Positions 26,952 to 38,969 of a stretch of DNA of 64,000 bases are shown here, one piece after another. Source of the DNA: Eledone cirrhosa (Eukaryota); contig OZ024743.1 in the NCBI GenBank assembly GCA_964016885.1, positions 367,226,001-367,290,000 of the forward strand, read 5' to 3'. Position numbers and translations under genes: made by a program. Every line of letters begins with the position of its first letter. Position 1 is the stretch's first letter. The notes beneath the pieces were generated by a model. That model was not told the origin of the DNA, made no database searches, and worked only from the letters and a program-made list of their open reading frames with translations.

Positions 26952-29900
26952 ATAATAATAATGAAATTATTGTGTAAAGTGCTCAGGTGCACTACAACTC
27001 GTCAATATAGTACATAGAATAATACACAAATGCCAGGGAAGTACATGTTTGTATGTGTTAGCTGTAGTGTTGGCGGATCTCGGGAAGCATGGAGGCCTTA
27101 AAGGATGCAGCGTCTCGACAGCTAACAACTGATGCAGGTAGTTTGTTCCATGCTTCAGCAACTCTGAGCGTGAAAAAATGTTTCCGAAAGTCATGGGAAC
27201 TGTGCTGTTTTCTTACTTTGTGGGCATGTCCACGTGTGTTAGACACATGGAAATCGAAAAGGCACTCAGGGTTGTTGTTGGCAACATGGTTAACAATTTT
27301 GTGGGTGTTTACCAAGTCAGTTGCCAGGCGTCGGAGCTTCAATGAATCCATGCCCAGGGAAGCAAGGCGATCAGAGTATGGTAGATGCCTGATGGAGGGT
27401 ATTCGCTTGGTTGCACGTCTCTGAACAGTTTCCAGGCGGTCAATGTCTTGAGCAAGATAGGGGTTCCAGACTGGTGATGCAAATTCTAAGTGTGGTCGCA
27501 CCATAGCTGTATACAGCCTTAAATAGATATCTGGAGAGCGGCTGACAAAGGTCTTGCTGAGTGATGCTAAGACACCCTCGGCCCTCTTGACAATTTTAGA
27601 GACGTGCCTCGTCCAACGCAAATCGCTGCTGACCGTAATGCCCAGGTCACGTTCACAGGAAGACTTCTTGATATTAGTGCTGTGGAGGGAATATGTGGAC
27701 GCTGGGTTTTTACTCCCAAAATGCATGGTGGTGCACTTGTCCACAGCTAGCTTGAGTTGCCAGTCTGAGATCCACTGTTGCATTGTGTCCAGGTCAGACT
27801 GCAAGCAAGATCTATAGTGTTCAGGATCTGTCCTTTTTATCTCAAGGTACAGCTTGATGTCGTCTGCATACTTTAGTACTGTGGCATTCCTTAAGTTGGC
27901 ATCTATGTCATTAATATATGCCACAAACAAAAGGGGGCCAAGAACAGATCCCTGAGGTACACCAGATGACATCTCATATGGTGAGGAATGCTGTCCCAGA
28001 ACCGTGACTACCTCTCTTCGACTGAGAATGAAGGACTTCAACCAGTTAAAAAGATCATCCTTCACACCCATTGCAGAGAGTTTTGCCATAAGCCTTTTGT
28101 GCGGCACAGAATTGAAGGCCTTCGCAAAGTCAAGGTAAACAACATCCACCCATGAGCCGCCATCAGTAATCCGGGTGATGTCCTCAAGAAACTCTATAAG
28201 TTGATCACAGCAGCTGGAGTTGGGGATAAATCCAAATTGCGAGGGCCGGATAAGACTGTGAGAGCTCCAGAAGTTCCAAAGTGTTTCTCTGACACAGGAT
28301 TCCATCAGTTTGGCGATGCAACTAGTAAGACTGACTGGACGATAGTTCACAGGTGATGTGCGGTCACCCTTTTTGAACAGAGGAATTACACTGGCAGTTT
28401 TCCACTGTTCTGGAGTAGCACTGTTGTTCAGACAGAATTGGAAGAAGCGTGATAACTGGTGTAGAAGGAAGTACCCACCACGTTTAAGAAGCAGGTACGT
28501 AACACCATCAAGACCAGGAGAGGCATGGTTGCGTTTATTTTTTAGGTGACGTCGCAGCATTGCAGGTGTAAATTCCATGGTTGTAATAGAGTCCGGTGTC
28601 ATAGGTGGTGGAGATGGTACACTCTGGTCTTCAATGGTGAAAATGCCTGCATAGCATTCAGCAATGAGCTCTGCGCATTCCTTGGGGTCGTCAGTAACCT
28701 GGCTTGTGTGGGGATTGCGAAGAGGACCAACTGGAGAGTGAGGCCTCTGCTTTGAGTGAACATACTTCCAGAACACCTTACTGTCAGGGCTGGTTGCTAT
28801 GCGCTGCTCAAATTGAAGCACTGCCTTTTTTGTCACCTGTTTGAGGTGGTTGGACGATCTATTTCGCCTCTTCCTATTAATGTCTGATTTGTGAAGTTTG
28901 TACTCACGTTCAGCATTGCGCCGTTCTTTTCTGGCAAGACGGACTGCTGCAGTCTCCCAAATTGCGCTTTTAGGATGTTTTTTCCGCTTACGTGGCACCG
29001 ATGCTGCACATGCTGTCCATATTGAGCTCAGGATGTTCTGGAGTACAGTGTTGACATCTCCAGAGTCATAGAACTCAAGCCAGTTTGGCCGTTGCAACTC
29101 GGTGCAGTAACAGTTCCAGTCTGCTCTATTCCAGTCAAAGTGAGCAGTTTGGAGATGGTTGTGGTTCTTGTTACTGCCCATGAGGGATAGATTGGCAATG
29201 ATCATAGCATGATCAGAGTCACCTAAAGGTTCCTCAGCAGTAACACTAATGACCGTTTCAGGAGTAGTGGTGAAGAGTAGGTCCAAAGTGTTGTCACCTC
29301 TCGTTGGGGAGGTGACCACCTGGGACCAACTCGAGTCCAGCACCAGCTCAAGGAAGTCATTTGCACTTGGCGGCCAACGAAAGGTCTCCCAGTCAATCTC
29401 AGGGTGATTGAAGTCACCTGCAATGAAAACATAAGTGGCTGTCTTCCTGGCAGCAGCTCTGAGGATATCACAAAGTTGAGTGTCCTGATGGTAATTTGGG
29501 GGACGGTAAACGACTCCAAGTAGCAGTGTTGACATGGTCATACGTATATCGCAGAAAAAAACTTCCTGCTGTGATTGGTTCAAATCAGCACAAGGAATTG
29601 CCGACAGATTTGACCGAACGTAGACCATTACACCACCACCACGACGATTAATACGGTCTTTACGAAACAGGTTGTAGCCAGTCATGCTGAAAACCCCATC
29701 ACAGAGTAAGGGATGTGCCCAAGTTTCCGTGACTGTAATGAAGTCCGGGTTGATACTTTTGACGTAGGAGTCAAAAAGATGAATCTTATTGCATAGACTA
29801 CGTGCATTCAAGGACAACAGTTTGTACTTTGATTCCAGTCTATGATTATGTGCAGGGGATGGCAGGTTGTTCTGATTTAGTTTCCCAGAGTTTTCAGTTT

Positions 29901-31900
29901 CTTTATTGTCAGTTGTTGTGGGTACACTGTTTTCAGACCAGCTGGTGTCTCTTTTCCATGATTCGCCAGCCTTAACAAACCTCCATATCTGCCCATCATC
30001 TCGTAGGCTGAAGCTTTCATGTTCTGCCGAGCTGCGGTTTAGGGAAGCTGCAGCACGCAACTTTGGGCGGACATCAGGTGGAAGACCAGGACGTGTTCGG
30101 AAAGCAATCCGACTTTCACGCCTAGCTTTATCAGAGGCTACAAGGTATGAACGTGCCTCAGCCGAGTTTGAAAACGACAGTCTAATTAACCTGGGTTTCG
30201 GGCCTGGTCGGCCAAGGCGTAGAGCACCCTTTGCGGGAGCACAGCCCAGGTCTTTGGATGAACTGGTAGCAAATGCCTGAAGATCAACTATGTCTTCCGG
30301 CACACCAATGGCAATCACTTCGTGGTTTGCAGATTCAGTGGCATTCTCAATGCGTCTAGGTTCAACATGAGGTACGCGGAGATTTTTTAACAAGGCACTC
30401 CGGTAAGATCCCTCATTGTGGGGTTCTACACGAACGCTTGATTTTATTTCCGCTATTTCTTGACTTAAAGCGGAAATCATTTGCCGTATTTCCTCAAACT
30501 CCGTATTGACGGTCGGTTTTTGTTGTTGTTCTTCTCCTTCAACAGGCATGGTAGAAGACACAGTCGTCGGTTGTTGTTGTTGAAAAGTAACGGGTGAGGA
30601 AGACATGGGTTGCTGTTGTTGATGAAGTCCTTCAACGGGGGTAGTAGCAGAAGCTACGGTCGTTGGTTTTTGCTGTTGTTCAGCGACAATGGTAGAGGAA
30701 GACACGATCCTCGGTTTTTGTTGTTGTTGTTCAGGAACAATGGTAGAAGACACGATCTTCGGTCTTTGTTGTTGTTCCGCAGTAATGGGAGAAGCAGGCA
30801 TACAGTCCAGGCACTGAAAGGACCAGTTTGTTAGCTGGACCATCTCCCAGAGTCTATCCATCGTAGCAATGTGATGTTTCTTATTTTGGCCTGGGATCTT
30901 CCGGAAGCCTGTGGCGCATTGAAGGCAGACAGAGATGCGACAGGTTCCACATTCGACCCAACGATTACGGAACGAGTTTTCGGGTTCCGTACAGATATGG
31001 CAGGTGTGATCTTCCGGGCAATGTTCTATTTTTGGACATCGACCAGTTTTGTCGCAAATTTCATCGATGGATATCACCATGGCAATTTTGTTATTTCTAC
31101 CCATCCGTAGAAAAACACAGAATGTAAACAATATAGGTTTAGCGCACTTGATTACGATAGAAATAAAATGTCTGTTTTTTTTGTGTATTTTGTTTCCGTT
31201 TTCCTAAATGTTGTGTGTGTGTAGAAGAGTCTGTGCATGTAAACAAATAAATATGCTGCGAAAGTTAAATGAAACGTACTGTAGAAGGCAGTTGTTTATT
31301 AACAGCGAATAACGTTTTTTTTTTTTTTTTTTTTTTTCCCCTGATACTGCTTCTTTATAGTAAACTTTCAATAATATTTTTTTTTTCCAAATTATTAACT
31401 TTCAGCTGCTAGTATATATATATAATTAAAAAGTGAAATTATATAGAAGCGAGGTCAATGTTAAGAAATATTTTACCAATGTAAATTGGTAAAATTGGCC
31501 GGTATAGTGTCTCACACGCAATAGTGTGGTTTCTTTTCACGTGTGTGTATATGCATATGGTATGTATCTGTATATAAATCTGTGTGTATATTGTTGTTTA
31601 TATGTTTTGTGGAGTACTTACTGCGATCCTTAAGGGACGTAGTGATTTGTTTTGTTTTTTTTCCTTTTTTCCCCGTCCATGTCCACACGTGGTTCGTTGG
31701 CGAAAATCAAGTGAAATTATATATACTTCGTTAAGATAATTCTATCTTGAAACTGGTACTAGTTGTCAGGGAACAGTGAAAGTAATTGTAATAATGAATA
31801 TTGTAATCCATCTGACATGTGTTTAAAGGGCAGTTTTTGGTGAAAATATTATATTTTGTTTGGTCAAGACGTGGTCAAGCGACCTTCCTTGTCGCCATTT
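26948..31900 (-). mobile_element. Apparently full-length CR1-clade LINE
   Basis: Uninterrupted 4-kb ORF; short 3' UTR with (ATT)n tail abutting (TA)n; CpG-richer putative 5' UTR (5' limit uncertain). Confidence 0.9.
27058..31131 (-). CDS. Single polyprotein: PHD-like finger, Q-rich repeats, coiled coil/ORF1-like region, APE endonuclease, reverse transcriptase (first ATG at 31104)
   Basis: CHIC..WVECGTC..C..C..CLDC; LNARSL, VTETW, YRPP, GDFN, LDL, SDH; NYRPVSLTS, YLDFAKAFNSVPH, SGVPQGSVLGPLLF, KYADD, RPHLEFASPVWNP. Confidence 0.95.
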   Translation of the reverse strand: MFTFCVFLRMGRNNKIAMVISIDEICDKTGRCPKIEHCPEDHTCHICTEPENSFRNRWVECGTCRISVCLQCATGFRKIPGQNKKHHIATMDRLWEMVQLTNWSFQCLDCMPASPITAEQQQRPKIVSSTIVPEQQQQKPRIVSSSTIVAEQQQKPTTVASATTPVEGLHQQQQPMSSSPVTFQQQQPTTVSSTMPVEGEEQQQKPTVNTEFEEIRQMISALSQEIAEIKSSVRVEPHNEGSYRSALLKNLRVPHVEPRRIENATESANHEVIAIGVPEDIVDLQAFATSSSKDLGCAPAKGALRLGRPGPKPRLIRLSFSNSAEARSYLVASDKARRESRIAFRTRPGLPPDVRPKLRAAASLNRSSAEHESFSLRDDGQIWRFVKAGESWKRDTSWSENSVPTTTDNKETENSGKLNQNNLPSPAHNHRLESKYKLLSLNARSLCNKIHLFDSYVKSINPDFITVTETWAHPLLCDGVFSMTGYNLFRKDRINRRGGGVMVYVRSNLSAIPCADLNQSQQEVFFCDIRMTMSTLLLGVVYRPPNYHQDTQLCDILRAAARKTATYVFIAGDFNHPEIDWETFRWPPSANDFLELVLDSSWSQVVTSPTRGDNTLDLLFTTTPETVISVTAEEPLGDSDHAMIIANLSLMGSNKNHNHLQTAHFDWNRADWNCYCTELQRPNWLEFYDSGDVNTVLQNILSSIWTACAASVPRKRKKHPKSAIWETAAVRLARKERRNAEREYKLHKSDINRKRRNRSSNHLKQVTKKAVLQFEQRIATSPDSKVFWKYVHSKQRPHSPVGPLRNPHTSQVTDDPKECAELIAECYAGIFTIEDQSVPSPPPMTPDSITTMEFTPAMLRRHLKNKRNHASPGLDGVTYLLLKRGGYFLLHQLSRFFQFCLNNSATPEQWKTASVIPLFKKGDRTSPVNYRPVSLTSCIAKLMESCVRETLWNFWSSHSLIRPSQFGFIPNSSCCDQLIEFLEDITRITDGGSWVDVVYLDFAKAFNSVPHKRLMAKLSAMGVKDDLFNWLKSFILSRREVVTVLGQHSSPYEMSSGVPQGSVLGPLLFVAYINDIDANLRNATVLKYADDIKLYLEIKRTDPEHYRSCLQSDLDTMQQWISDWQLKLAVDKCTTMHFGSKNPASTYSLHSTNIKKSSCERDLGITVSSDLRWTRHVSKIVKRAEGVLASLSKTFVSRSPDIYLRLYTAMVRPHLEFASPVWNPYLAQDIDRLETVQRRATKRIPSIRHLPYSDRLASLGMDSLKLRRLATDLVNTHKIVNHVANNNPECLFDFHVSNTRGHAHKVRKQHSSHDFRKHFFTLRVAEAWNKLPASVVSCRDAASFKASMLPEIRQHYS

Positions 31901-32464
31901 CCTACAGGAAAATCAATGATGAAATACTCATGTTAAAAATAGGATTAGGTAAGAAATCATGTTCTATGTATTTCAAAGAGTAGGGAAATTGAGAATGTCC
32001 AACAATGTTTCTCAGCTCTGTTTTATAAAAAGCATCATTCACAAAATTAATATAGACAAAATTAGTAAAATTTCTTAGCATAATGTATATTTGGTTAAAA
32101 ATAATTGTTACATGAGTTAGTTACCAAGGTTTAAGCATGGATTTTTATTCGGATAATTAAACATGAAGATATGAGGTGTTAGACTCATCCAGTGAAACGT
32201 GTATTCAGAAAATGTACTTTTGATGTAGTATAAAAATATCATATAGCACAACCTGTCCATTTGATTGAGCAGTCTACCAGCTTTGGATATTTATTATAAA
32301 ATTCAACTGCACTATATATACTCAACTAATAATAAATTGAAGTGAAACTCAACTGGTCAATGATTTTATTGGCAGTATGACTTCTCCAACCCAAAGTATA
32401 ACAATATCAGTTTCAACTCATAATTTCACATCAAGAATCTTGCAAAACAAATGCAAAAATGAAG

Positions 32465-33752
32465 TCATCATCATCATCATCATTTAACGTCCATCTTCCA
32501 CGCTTGCATGGGTTTGGATGGGAATTTTCCCACTTGAGGCAAGATTGGTTGTCTTGCTCGTATAGGACTGTCTGGCGGGTTTTCTACGGCTGGATGCCCT
32601 TCTTAACACCAACCACGTTTACAGTGTAGGACTGGGAGGTTTTTACCGTGTTACCTACACGGCCACATTACAGCGTGGACTGTGTGTTTTTTGTCGTGAC
32701 ACCTACACGATCTCATTTATTTCGGACTGGATGTTGTGGTACCAACCAACATAACTTTACATCGAAAGGGGTGGTATAGATGAGGTGGGGGTAGTGGGAC
32801 GGGGGTGTATTTTGTTAAGAGGTGCCTACTGACTGTAGGTTTCGCTTTGTACTTAGGCAAGGTGGGGCTTCTGTATTACTGTGTAATGCCAAAGATCTCG
32901 GTCCAGTGACATTGTCTTGGAGAGGTGTAAGTGTGTAAGGTCGGAATTTATCAAGTCGTCCCAGGTTTTTCTGGGTCTGCCTACTCCGTAGCTACCGTCT
33001 ATTTTTATCGCCCTGCCCTTTTTTATACAGCTGTCATCTTTCATGCGCATCACGTGACCATACCAATGTAGTCTTCTCTCGAGTAAACAACATCTGATCC
33101 CTCTTATTCCTAATTTCTCCCTTAGTTCATTTATGCTTTGCCGTTCATGTATATTACTATTACACAGCCAACAGAGCATGCAAGCTTCGTTTCTCTCCAG
33201 TTTGCGTAGATCCTCTGCACACAATAATCAAGTCTCACTGCCATGTAACATTGCTGTTCGTATGCAGGCATCATACAGCCTGCCTTTCATTTTTAGAGAG
33301 AAACCTTTAGCAGCCAATAGTGGTATAAGCTGTCTGAACTTTTTCCATCCCGTTCTGACTCTAGCTACTGTACTTTCAGAGTACCCTCCACCACTGCTGA
33401 TTTTGTCACCCAGGTAACAGAAGGTGTCCACTATTTCTATAGAATGGAATGAGCTAGTATTCTGTGGGCACTTGCTGCTACTTATTGCACCTGAGCACCG
33501 GCCACATATAAAATCTATATTTTTAGTTAGCTTACCTGTGATCCCACTACATCTTTTATGCACCCATACTTTGCATTTGGGACATAAAATGGAGTTTCTG
33601 CCTATTTCTTTCCTACACACTGAGCATGGCCATTTCCCAGATAGGACCAGTGCCCTATTTTCCTTCCTACAAACTAGAACTTTAGTCTGAGACAGGTTAA
33701 TTTTAAGGCCTTTTGATTCTAGGCCATGCTTCCATGTTTGGAATTTCTTCCA
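32465..33752 (-). mobile_element. 5'-truncated RTE LINE (subfamily of 6258-7673)
   Basis: ORFs 33228-33620 and 32853-33224, matching 3' UTR, (TGA)n tail on the minus strand. Confidence 0.95.
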
Positions 33753-33795
33753 TGTATATCATCATCATCATCATCATCATCACCGTTTTACGTCC

Positions 33796-33831
<36 letters not shown>

Positions 33832-33835
<4 letters not shown>

Positions 33836-34682
33836 AAATGCAGATTGTATGATGCCTGTATATGAACAGCAATGCTACATGGCAGTGAGACATGGGCATT
33901 GTGTACAGAGGACCTGCGCAGACTGGAAAGGAACGAAGCATGCATGCTCCGTTGGATGTGTAATAGTAATATACATGAACGGCAAAGTCTAAATGAACTA
34001 AGTGAGAAATTAGGAATAAGAGGGATCAGATACTGCTTACTTGAGAGAAGGCTATGTTGGTATGGTCACGTGATGCGCATGAAAGACGACAGCTGCATAA
34101 AAAAGTGCAGGGCGATCAAAATTGATGGAAGTTACGGAGTAGGTAGACCCCAAAAAACCTGGGACGATTTGATAAATTCCGACCTTACACACTTGCATCT
34201 CTCTAAGACAATGTCACTGGACTGAGATCTTTGGTGCTACACAGTAATACAGAAGACCTGCCTTGCCTATGTACAAAGCGAAACCTAGAGTCAGTAGACA
34301 CCTCTTAACCAAATATACACCCCAATCCACTACCCCTACTCTATCCTCCCACTCCCACCAACACCATCCTCTCTCTGTAAAGTTGGTACCACGACATCCA
34401 GTCCAAATAAATGAGATAATGAGATCGAGATCATGTAGGTGTCACGACAATAAAACACACAGTCCACACTGTAATGTGGCCATGTAGGTAACACAGTAAA
34501 AAGTTCCCAGTCCACACTGTAAATGTGGTTGGTATTAGGAAGGGCATCCAGCCATAGAAAACCTGCCAGATAGTCCTATATGAGCGAGACACGGCCACCC
34601 GACCAACCTTACCTCAAGTGGAACAACTCCCGTCTAACCCATGCTAGCGTGGAAGATGGACATATGATGATGATGATGATGA
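33832..34682 (+). mobile_element. 5'-truncated RTE LINE (same subfamily) following (TA)n
   Basis: MLHGSETWALCTEDLRRLERNEAC..GRPQKTW, 3' UTR, (TGA)n. Confidence 0.95.
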
Positions 34683-34853
34683 ATGGTGAGCTCATCATTA
34701 ATGGAGATGCTATAAAATAACTTATAAAATAGGATGAAGACCCTTATGGACAGAAAAGAAGTTGCCATTAGCCACTATAAGGAATTGAACCCCATACTTC
34801 CCAGATACCAGCTAGGTGCTTTAAACTATTAATATATATATATACATATATAT

Positions 34854-35220
34854 ATTTGAAAAGGGAGTAAGGTTCTATACAAAACAGTGGTTATAGAGAA
34901 AAGGTGAAATTGGAAATAGCACGGAAAATATATTTAAAGATCTGTTTTTCTTTTTTCCCTTCTTTGATTCGTCAAAGTGACATTATTGAAAAAATGAGAG
35001 GGACAATTCTTTTAAAAAAGAGTTCTATAATGTATATAAAATATCTAAAATATAACCAGTTTCGATGTATCAGTGAAATTCATCTTATCAAATGTTGAGT
35101 ATTACAATTAAAAATCAAAGATTTAAAATTAAGTGTTGAGGCAAGTTTGTTCAACAAGAAAGATGAACACTTTTTCTCTATAACCACTGTTTTGTATAGA
35201 ACCTTACTCCCTTTTCAAAT
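34854..35220 (-). mobile_element. TA-flanked short element with 53-bp terminal inverted arms and an internal hammerhead variant (~35048-35097, minus)
   Basis: Arms 34854-34906 and 35168-35220; minus strand reads TTGATAA-gatg(..)catc-GAAA-ctgg-tt; stem I is weak. Confidence 0.65.
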
Positions 35221-35412
35221 GTATATATATATGTGTGTGTGTCTGTATTTGTGTGTGTGTATTTGTATATATATATATGTGTGTGTATGGTGACACATAT
35301 TTATGTTCCACATAAAAAAATGTCTGTGCCCTGGTTTGACACAGGACATATATATATATATGTGTGTATGAAATCTATATTAATTCTTGTTTGTTAGTGC
35401 TGTAATAAATGA

Positions 35413-35624
35413 AACACTGCAACCTTTAAAACCTCCATGCTTCCTGAGATTCGCCAACACTACACCTAATATTCCCCCTCCATACACACGCACACATGTA
35501 TATCATGACTCATACACTATTCACTTCCCTGACATTTGTATATTATTCTATGTACTATACATGCACCTTTGATGAGTTGTAGTGCACCTGAGCACTGTAC
35601 ACAATAATTTCATTATTATTATTA
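35413..35624 (+). mobile_element. CR1 3'-end fragment
   Basis: Matches 12505-12717, including the terminal gagttgtagtgcacctgagcac..(att)n. Confidence 0.9.
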
Positions 35625-35734
35625 TATCATTGGAATATGTCCATTATGGAAATCATGCTATAGGTATCGTTTGCTTTTGCTCGTATAATAGAAGCATTGA
35701 AAAAACTCTTTAAAGAGGCATAAGTTATTACTCA

Positions 35735-35870
35735 AGGCAGTCGATTTGGTGGAGTCATTAGAGTGTTGGATGTTGTGCATCTCTGCATCCTGAGTTCAAA
35801 TCTTGCCAGAGTTCACATTACCTTTCATCCTTTCGGGGTTGACAAAGAAAGTACCAGCCTAATGCTGGTG
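35735..35870 (+). mobile_element. Degenerate tRNA-derived SINE (family of 25035)
   Basis: ctgagttcaaatc B box followed by cctttcatcctttcggggttgac..agtacc. Confidence 0.7.
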
Positions 35871-36809
35871 CTGCCCCCACTCTTTTCATCTCTCTCATGT
35901 TAGATGTTCTGTTGGATCAAGGGGGTGAGGCTCAAAAGGGTGTCAGTCTGTTTGAGCACTTGAAACCTTCAGTAAAAGCATTGTACATACTACCAAGTCA
36001 TACTCAATTGCAAGTGATGCCAGTTGTAGTTTACTTATTGCTGATGAAAGTATATAGCTATTCCAGTTTCTAAATTAGATACACCATATTCCATCATATA
36101 TAAGAAGTCACTAAATCTTTTATTCTTTTATTCAGATACTGAGCCCACTTATTACAACTACAGCCAAGGTTTTACATGATTATGTCAACTGCATTACTTA
36201 TTTTATCAACCTGTAATTGTTGAATTGCTCAGTTACAGGAAATAAAGAGAGACAACATACATAACATGGTAACATAAATACTGAGTTGAGCATACACACA
36301 CACACATTACTATTTCTCAGGTTCCAAATATTGTTCAGTTTTTCTTTTAGTAACTTTACTATGATCGAGAATCGACTCCTTTCAGTAGAAAATATTCTAC
36401 CTGCCCTAGCTCTTTGTCCCCAAGTTTTACTCTCATGGACGCCTAGCTCCCTTTTTTATCCTTGGTCCTCTCTTAAAGGCCACCATTTCCCTCCTACCTA
36501 CCTGCATGCATCACAATAGCCATTTGGACCAATCAAAATTCAGCAGCACATAATATGTTTCACTAATCCAAATTTCTATCGCAAAAGCCTTCAGGATTGT
36601 TATAGACCTGGTTGTTATAGACTACAGAGATGGAGAGTCAGAAGACTCATAAAGAGGAAGAAGAATTCACCTCCTGTCTCCAGACAACCACGCAAACACT
36701 CATCTTTATTTCAGGCATGGAAAACCAAAACCGACACAATTTCTTCTCCCACACTCCTCCCTGAGCCTTCATCCTTTTCTTCCTCCCTCTCTCCCAGTGA
36801 ATTCCATAA

Positions 36810-38040
36810 CTTTAGAGTTGGCATGAATGTAGGCACAATAAAAGAATGATCAAGTGGAATTGTAGAGATGCTTGAATGAAAGAAAGTTGATATTTTCTGT
36901 GTACGAGAGACTATATGGAGGGGAGGGTCAGCTAGATTCCTTGTGGGTAAAAAACAATGCTACAAATTTTTCTGGCTGGGTAATGACAACGGGCTGGGTG
37001 GAGTAGGAATTATGTTAGCTGAAAAATGGGTAGATAAGGTAATTTCTGTAAATAGAGTGAATGACAATAACTAAAATTAGACTAGTTCTAAATAGAACAA
37101 CTGTGTCAATTATATCTGCTTATGCACACCAATCTGGTCTACCAGATGTTATAAAAGACAGGTTCTATGAGTCCCTAATGGACATTGCTTATCAAATAAG
37201 CGAAAGTGACTTCATAATCATTGCAGGTAACTTAAATGGGCATGTTGGGAAACACTGTGATGGCTATGATGGGATCCATGGAGGTTATGGGTTTGGTACT
37301 AGAAATAAGGAAGGTTACAGGATCATGGAATTCTGTGATCCAATGACAACTATCTGTAGCACAAACTTTTAAAAAAATGAGACAATCATTTGATCACCTA
37401 TAGATCAGGGGAGCACACCAGCCAGATTGATTTTATCCTTACCAGAAGATGAGACAGTGTGACTGTTGTAAACACAAAGTCCCTTTATAGAGAAGAATGC
37501 TCCTCCCAACATAACCTAATAGTTAGTAACCTTATAGTCAGGGCTGGACAAATTTGATGACGAAGGTTGACCTTGAGGAGAAGAATACGGAAGTTGAAGG
37601 ACCCACAGCCAGTAACAAATTTAGAAGCATGTTATTTGATGTTTTTGGAGAATGTTCAGGGAGCTACTACCACTGTTAGCTACAAAAGGTTTTTCCCCTG
37701 AAAGGAAGGGCAGATTGTATGATGCATGCATATGAACAGCAATCTTACATGGTAGTGAGACCTTGAGACTGTGTGCAGAGGACCTGGGAAGATTGGAAAG
37801 AAATGAAGCAAGCATGCTGTGATGGATGTGAAATTGTAATATACATGACCAGCAAAGCATAAATGAACTGAAAGAGAAATTAGGCATAAGAGGGACCAGA
37901 TGCAGTATGCTAGAGGCGAGATTGCGTTGGTATGGTCATATGATGTGTATGAAGGATGACAACTGTATAAAAAAGTGCAGGGTGATAAAGTTGATGGAAG
38001 CTATGGAGTAAGAAGACCAAGGAAGACCTGGGATGAAGTT
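36810..38040 (+). mobile_element. Internally deleted RTE LINE: APE endonuclease joined to the C-terminal region
   Basis: IISAYAHQSG, AGNLNGHVG, HGGYGFGTRNKEG; jumps at ~37650 to FRELLPLLA/LHGSET. Confidence 0.88.
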
Positions 38041-38194
38041 GACCTTGCGCAAATGGGGTCTGCCTTCACACACTACAATAGTTTTTTTACAGGCACTCCC
38101 CAAGTCAAATTTTCATTTTTCATTTTCCTATTCTCTTTTACCTATCTTCCATGATAAGTATGTGTTCTACATAACCCTGTCTTGTAATTCTGTC

Positions 38195-38261
38195 GAAGTT
38201 ACCTGATGAGACCATCCTGTCTTGCATCATAAATGGATGATGAAATATATATAGTAATTTC
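38195..38261 (+). ncRNA. Type I hammerhead motif
   Basis: gaagttac-CTGATGA-gac-catcc(..)ggatg-at-GAAA-tatata-TA|gtaatttc; 8-bp stem I. Confidence 0.75.
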
Positions 38262-38790
38262 ATGGTATTAAAATTTACAGCATATCTTCCAGTCCGACCT
38301 TCTGTTGTCGTTTTAAATACTTTACTTCATTCCTGCGCCAACCACTGGATACCACATCTACAATGGATGATGTGCATAACGTTGAGGGCCTTATTAATTC
38401 GTTGCACCAGTTCTACACTTAGGTGATCAAAATAACTTAAATGGTATATATATAAATATCTGTACTGTAGTATAAGTTTGGTTGAAATATCCAAGGGTAA
38501 GAGCACTTAGTTGATATGACAAGTTAAGTATAATTAGTTACAATAGTGACATATACAGGTTCTTAAGTTTCATTGTGTATTACACCCCAAACCATTCAGC
38601 CTGTTATATAAGGAAAGATGGTTACTACCATCGTTGAATGAAGTTTTTATTTAGAAAAAATATATGAGAGCTCTTCAAGGACACGTAATTACGAAATTAG
38701 CTATAAATAAACAAAATTATTAGATAGGTTATTAAAGGGAGATAATAAGCAAAAAATAATTCCAAATGCAGGGAATTTGTGCTAAGTTAG

Positions 38791-38958
38791 TAATTCAAAG
38801 AAATAAAGTTCCTTGAAATTCAAATTAGTTAGTAATTTAAAGAAATAAAATTCCTTGAAATTCAAGTTAGTTAGTAATTCAAAGAAAATATATTCCTTGA
38901 AATTCAAATTAGTTAGTAATTCAAAGAAAATATATACCTTGAAATTCAAATTAGTTAG
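38791..38958. repeat. 42-bp tandem repeat, 4 copies
   Basis: taattcaaagaaa..ccttgaaattcaaattagttag at 38791, 38833, 38875, 38917. Confidence 0.93.
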
Positions 38959-38969
38959 TCTGATCTATA

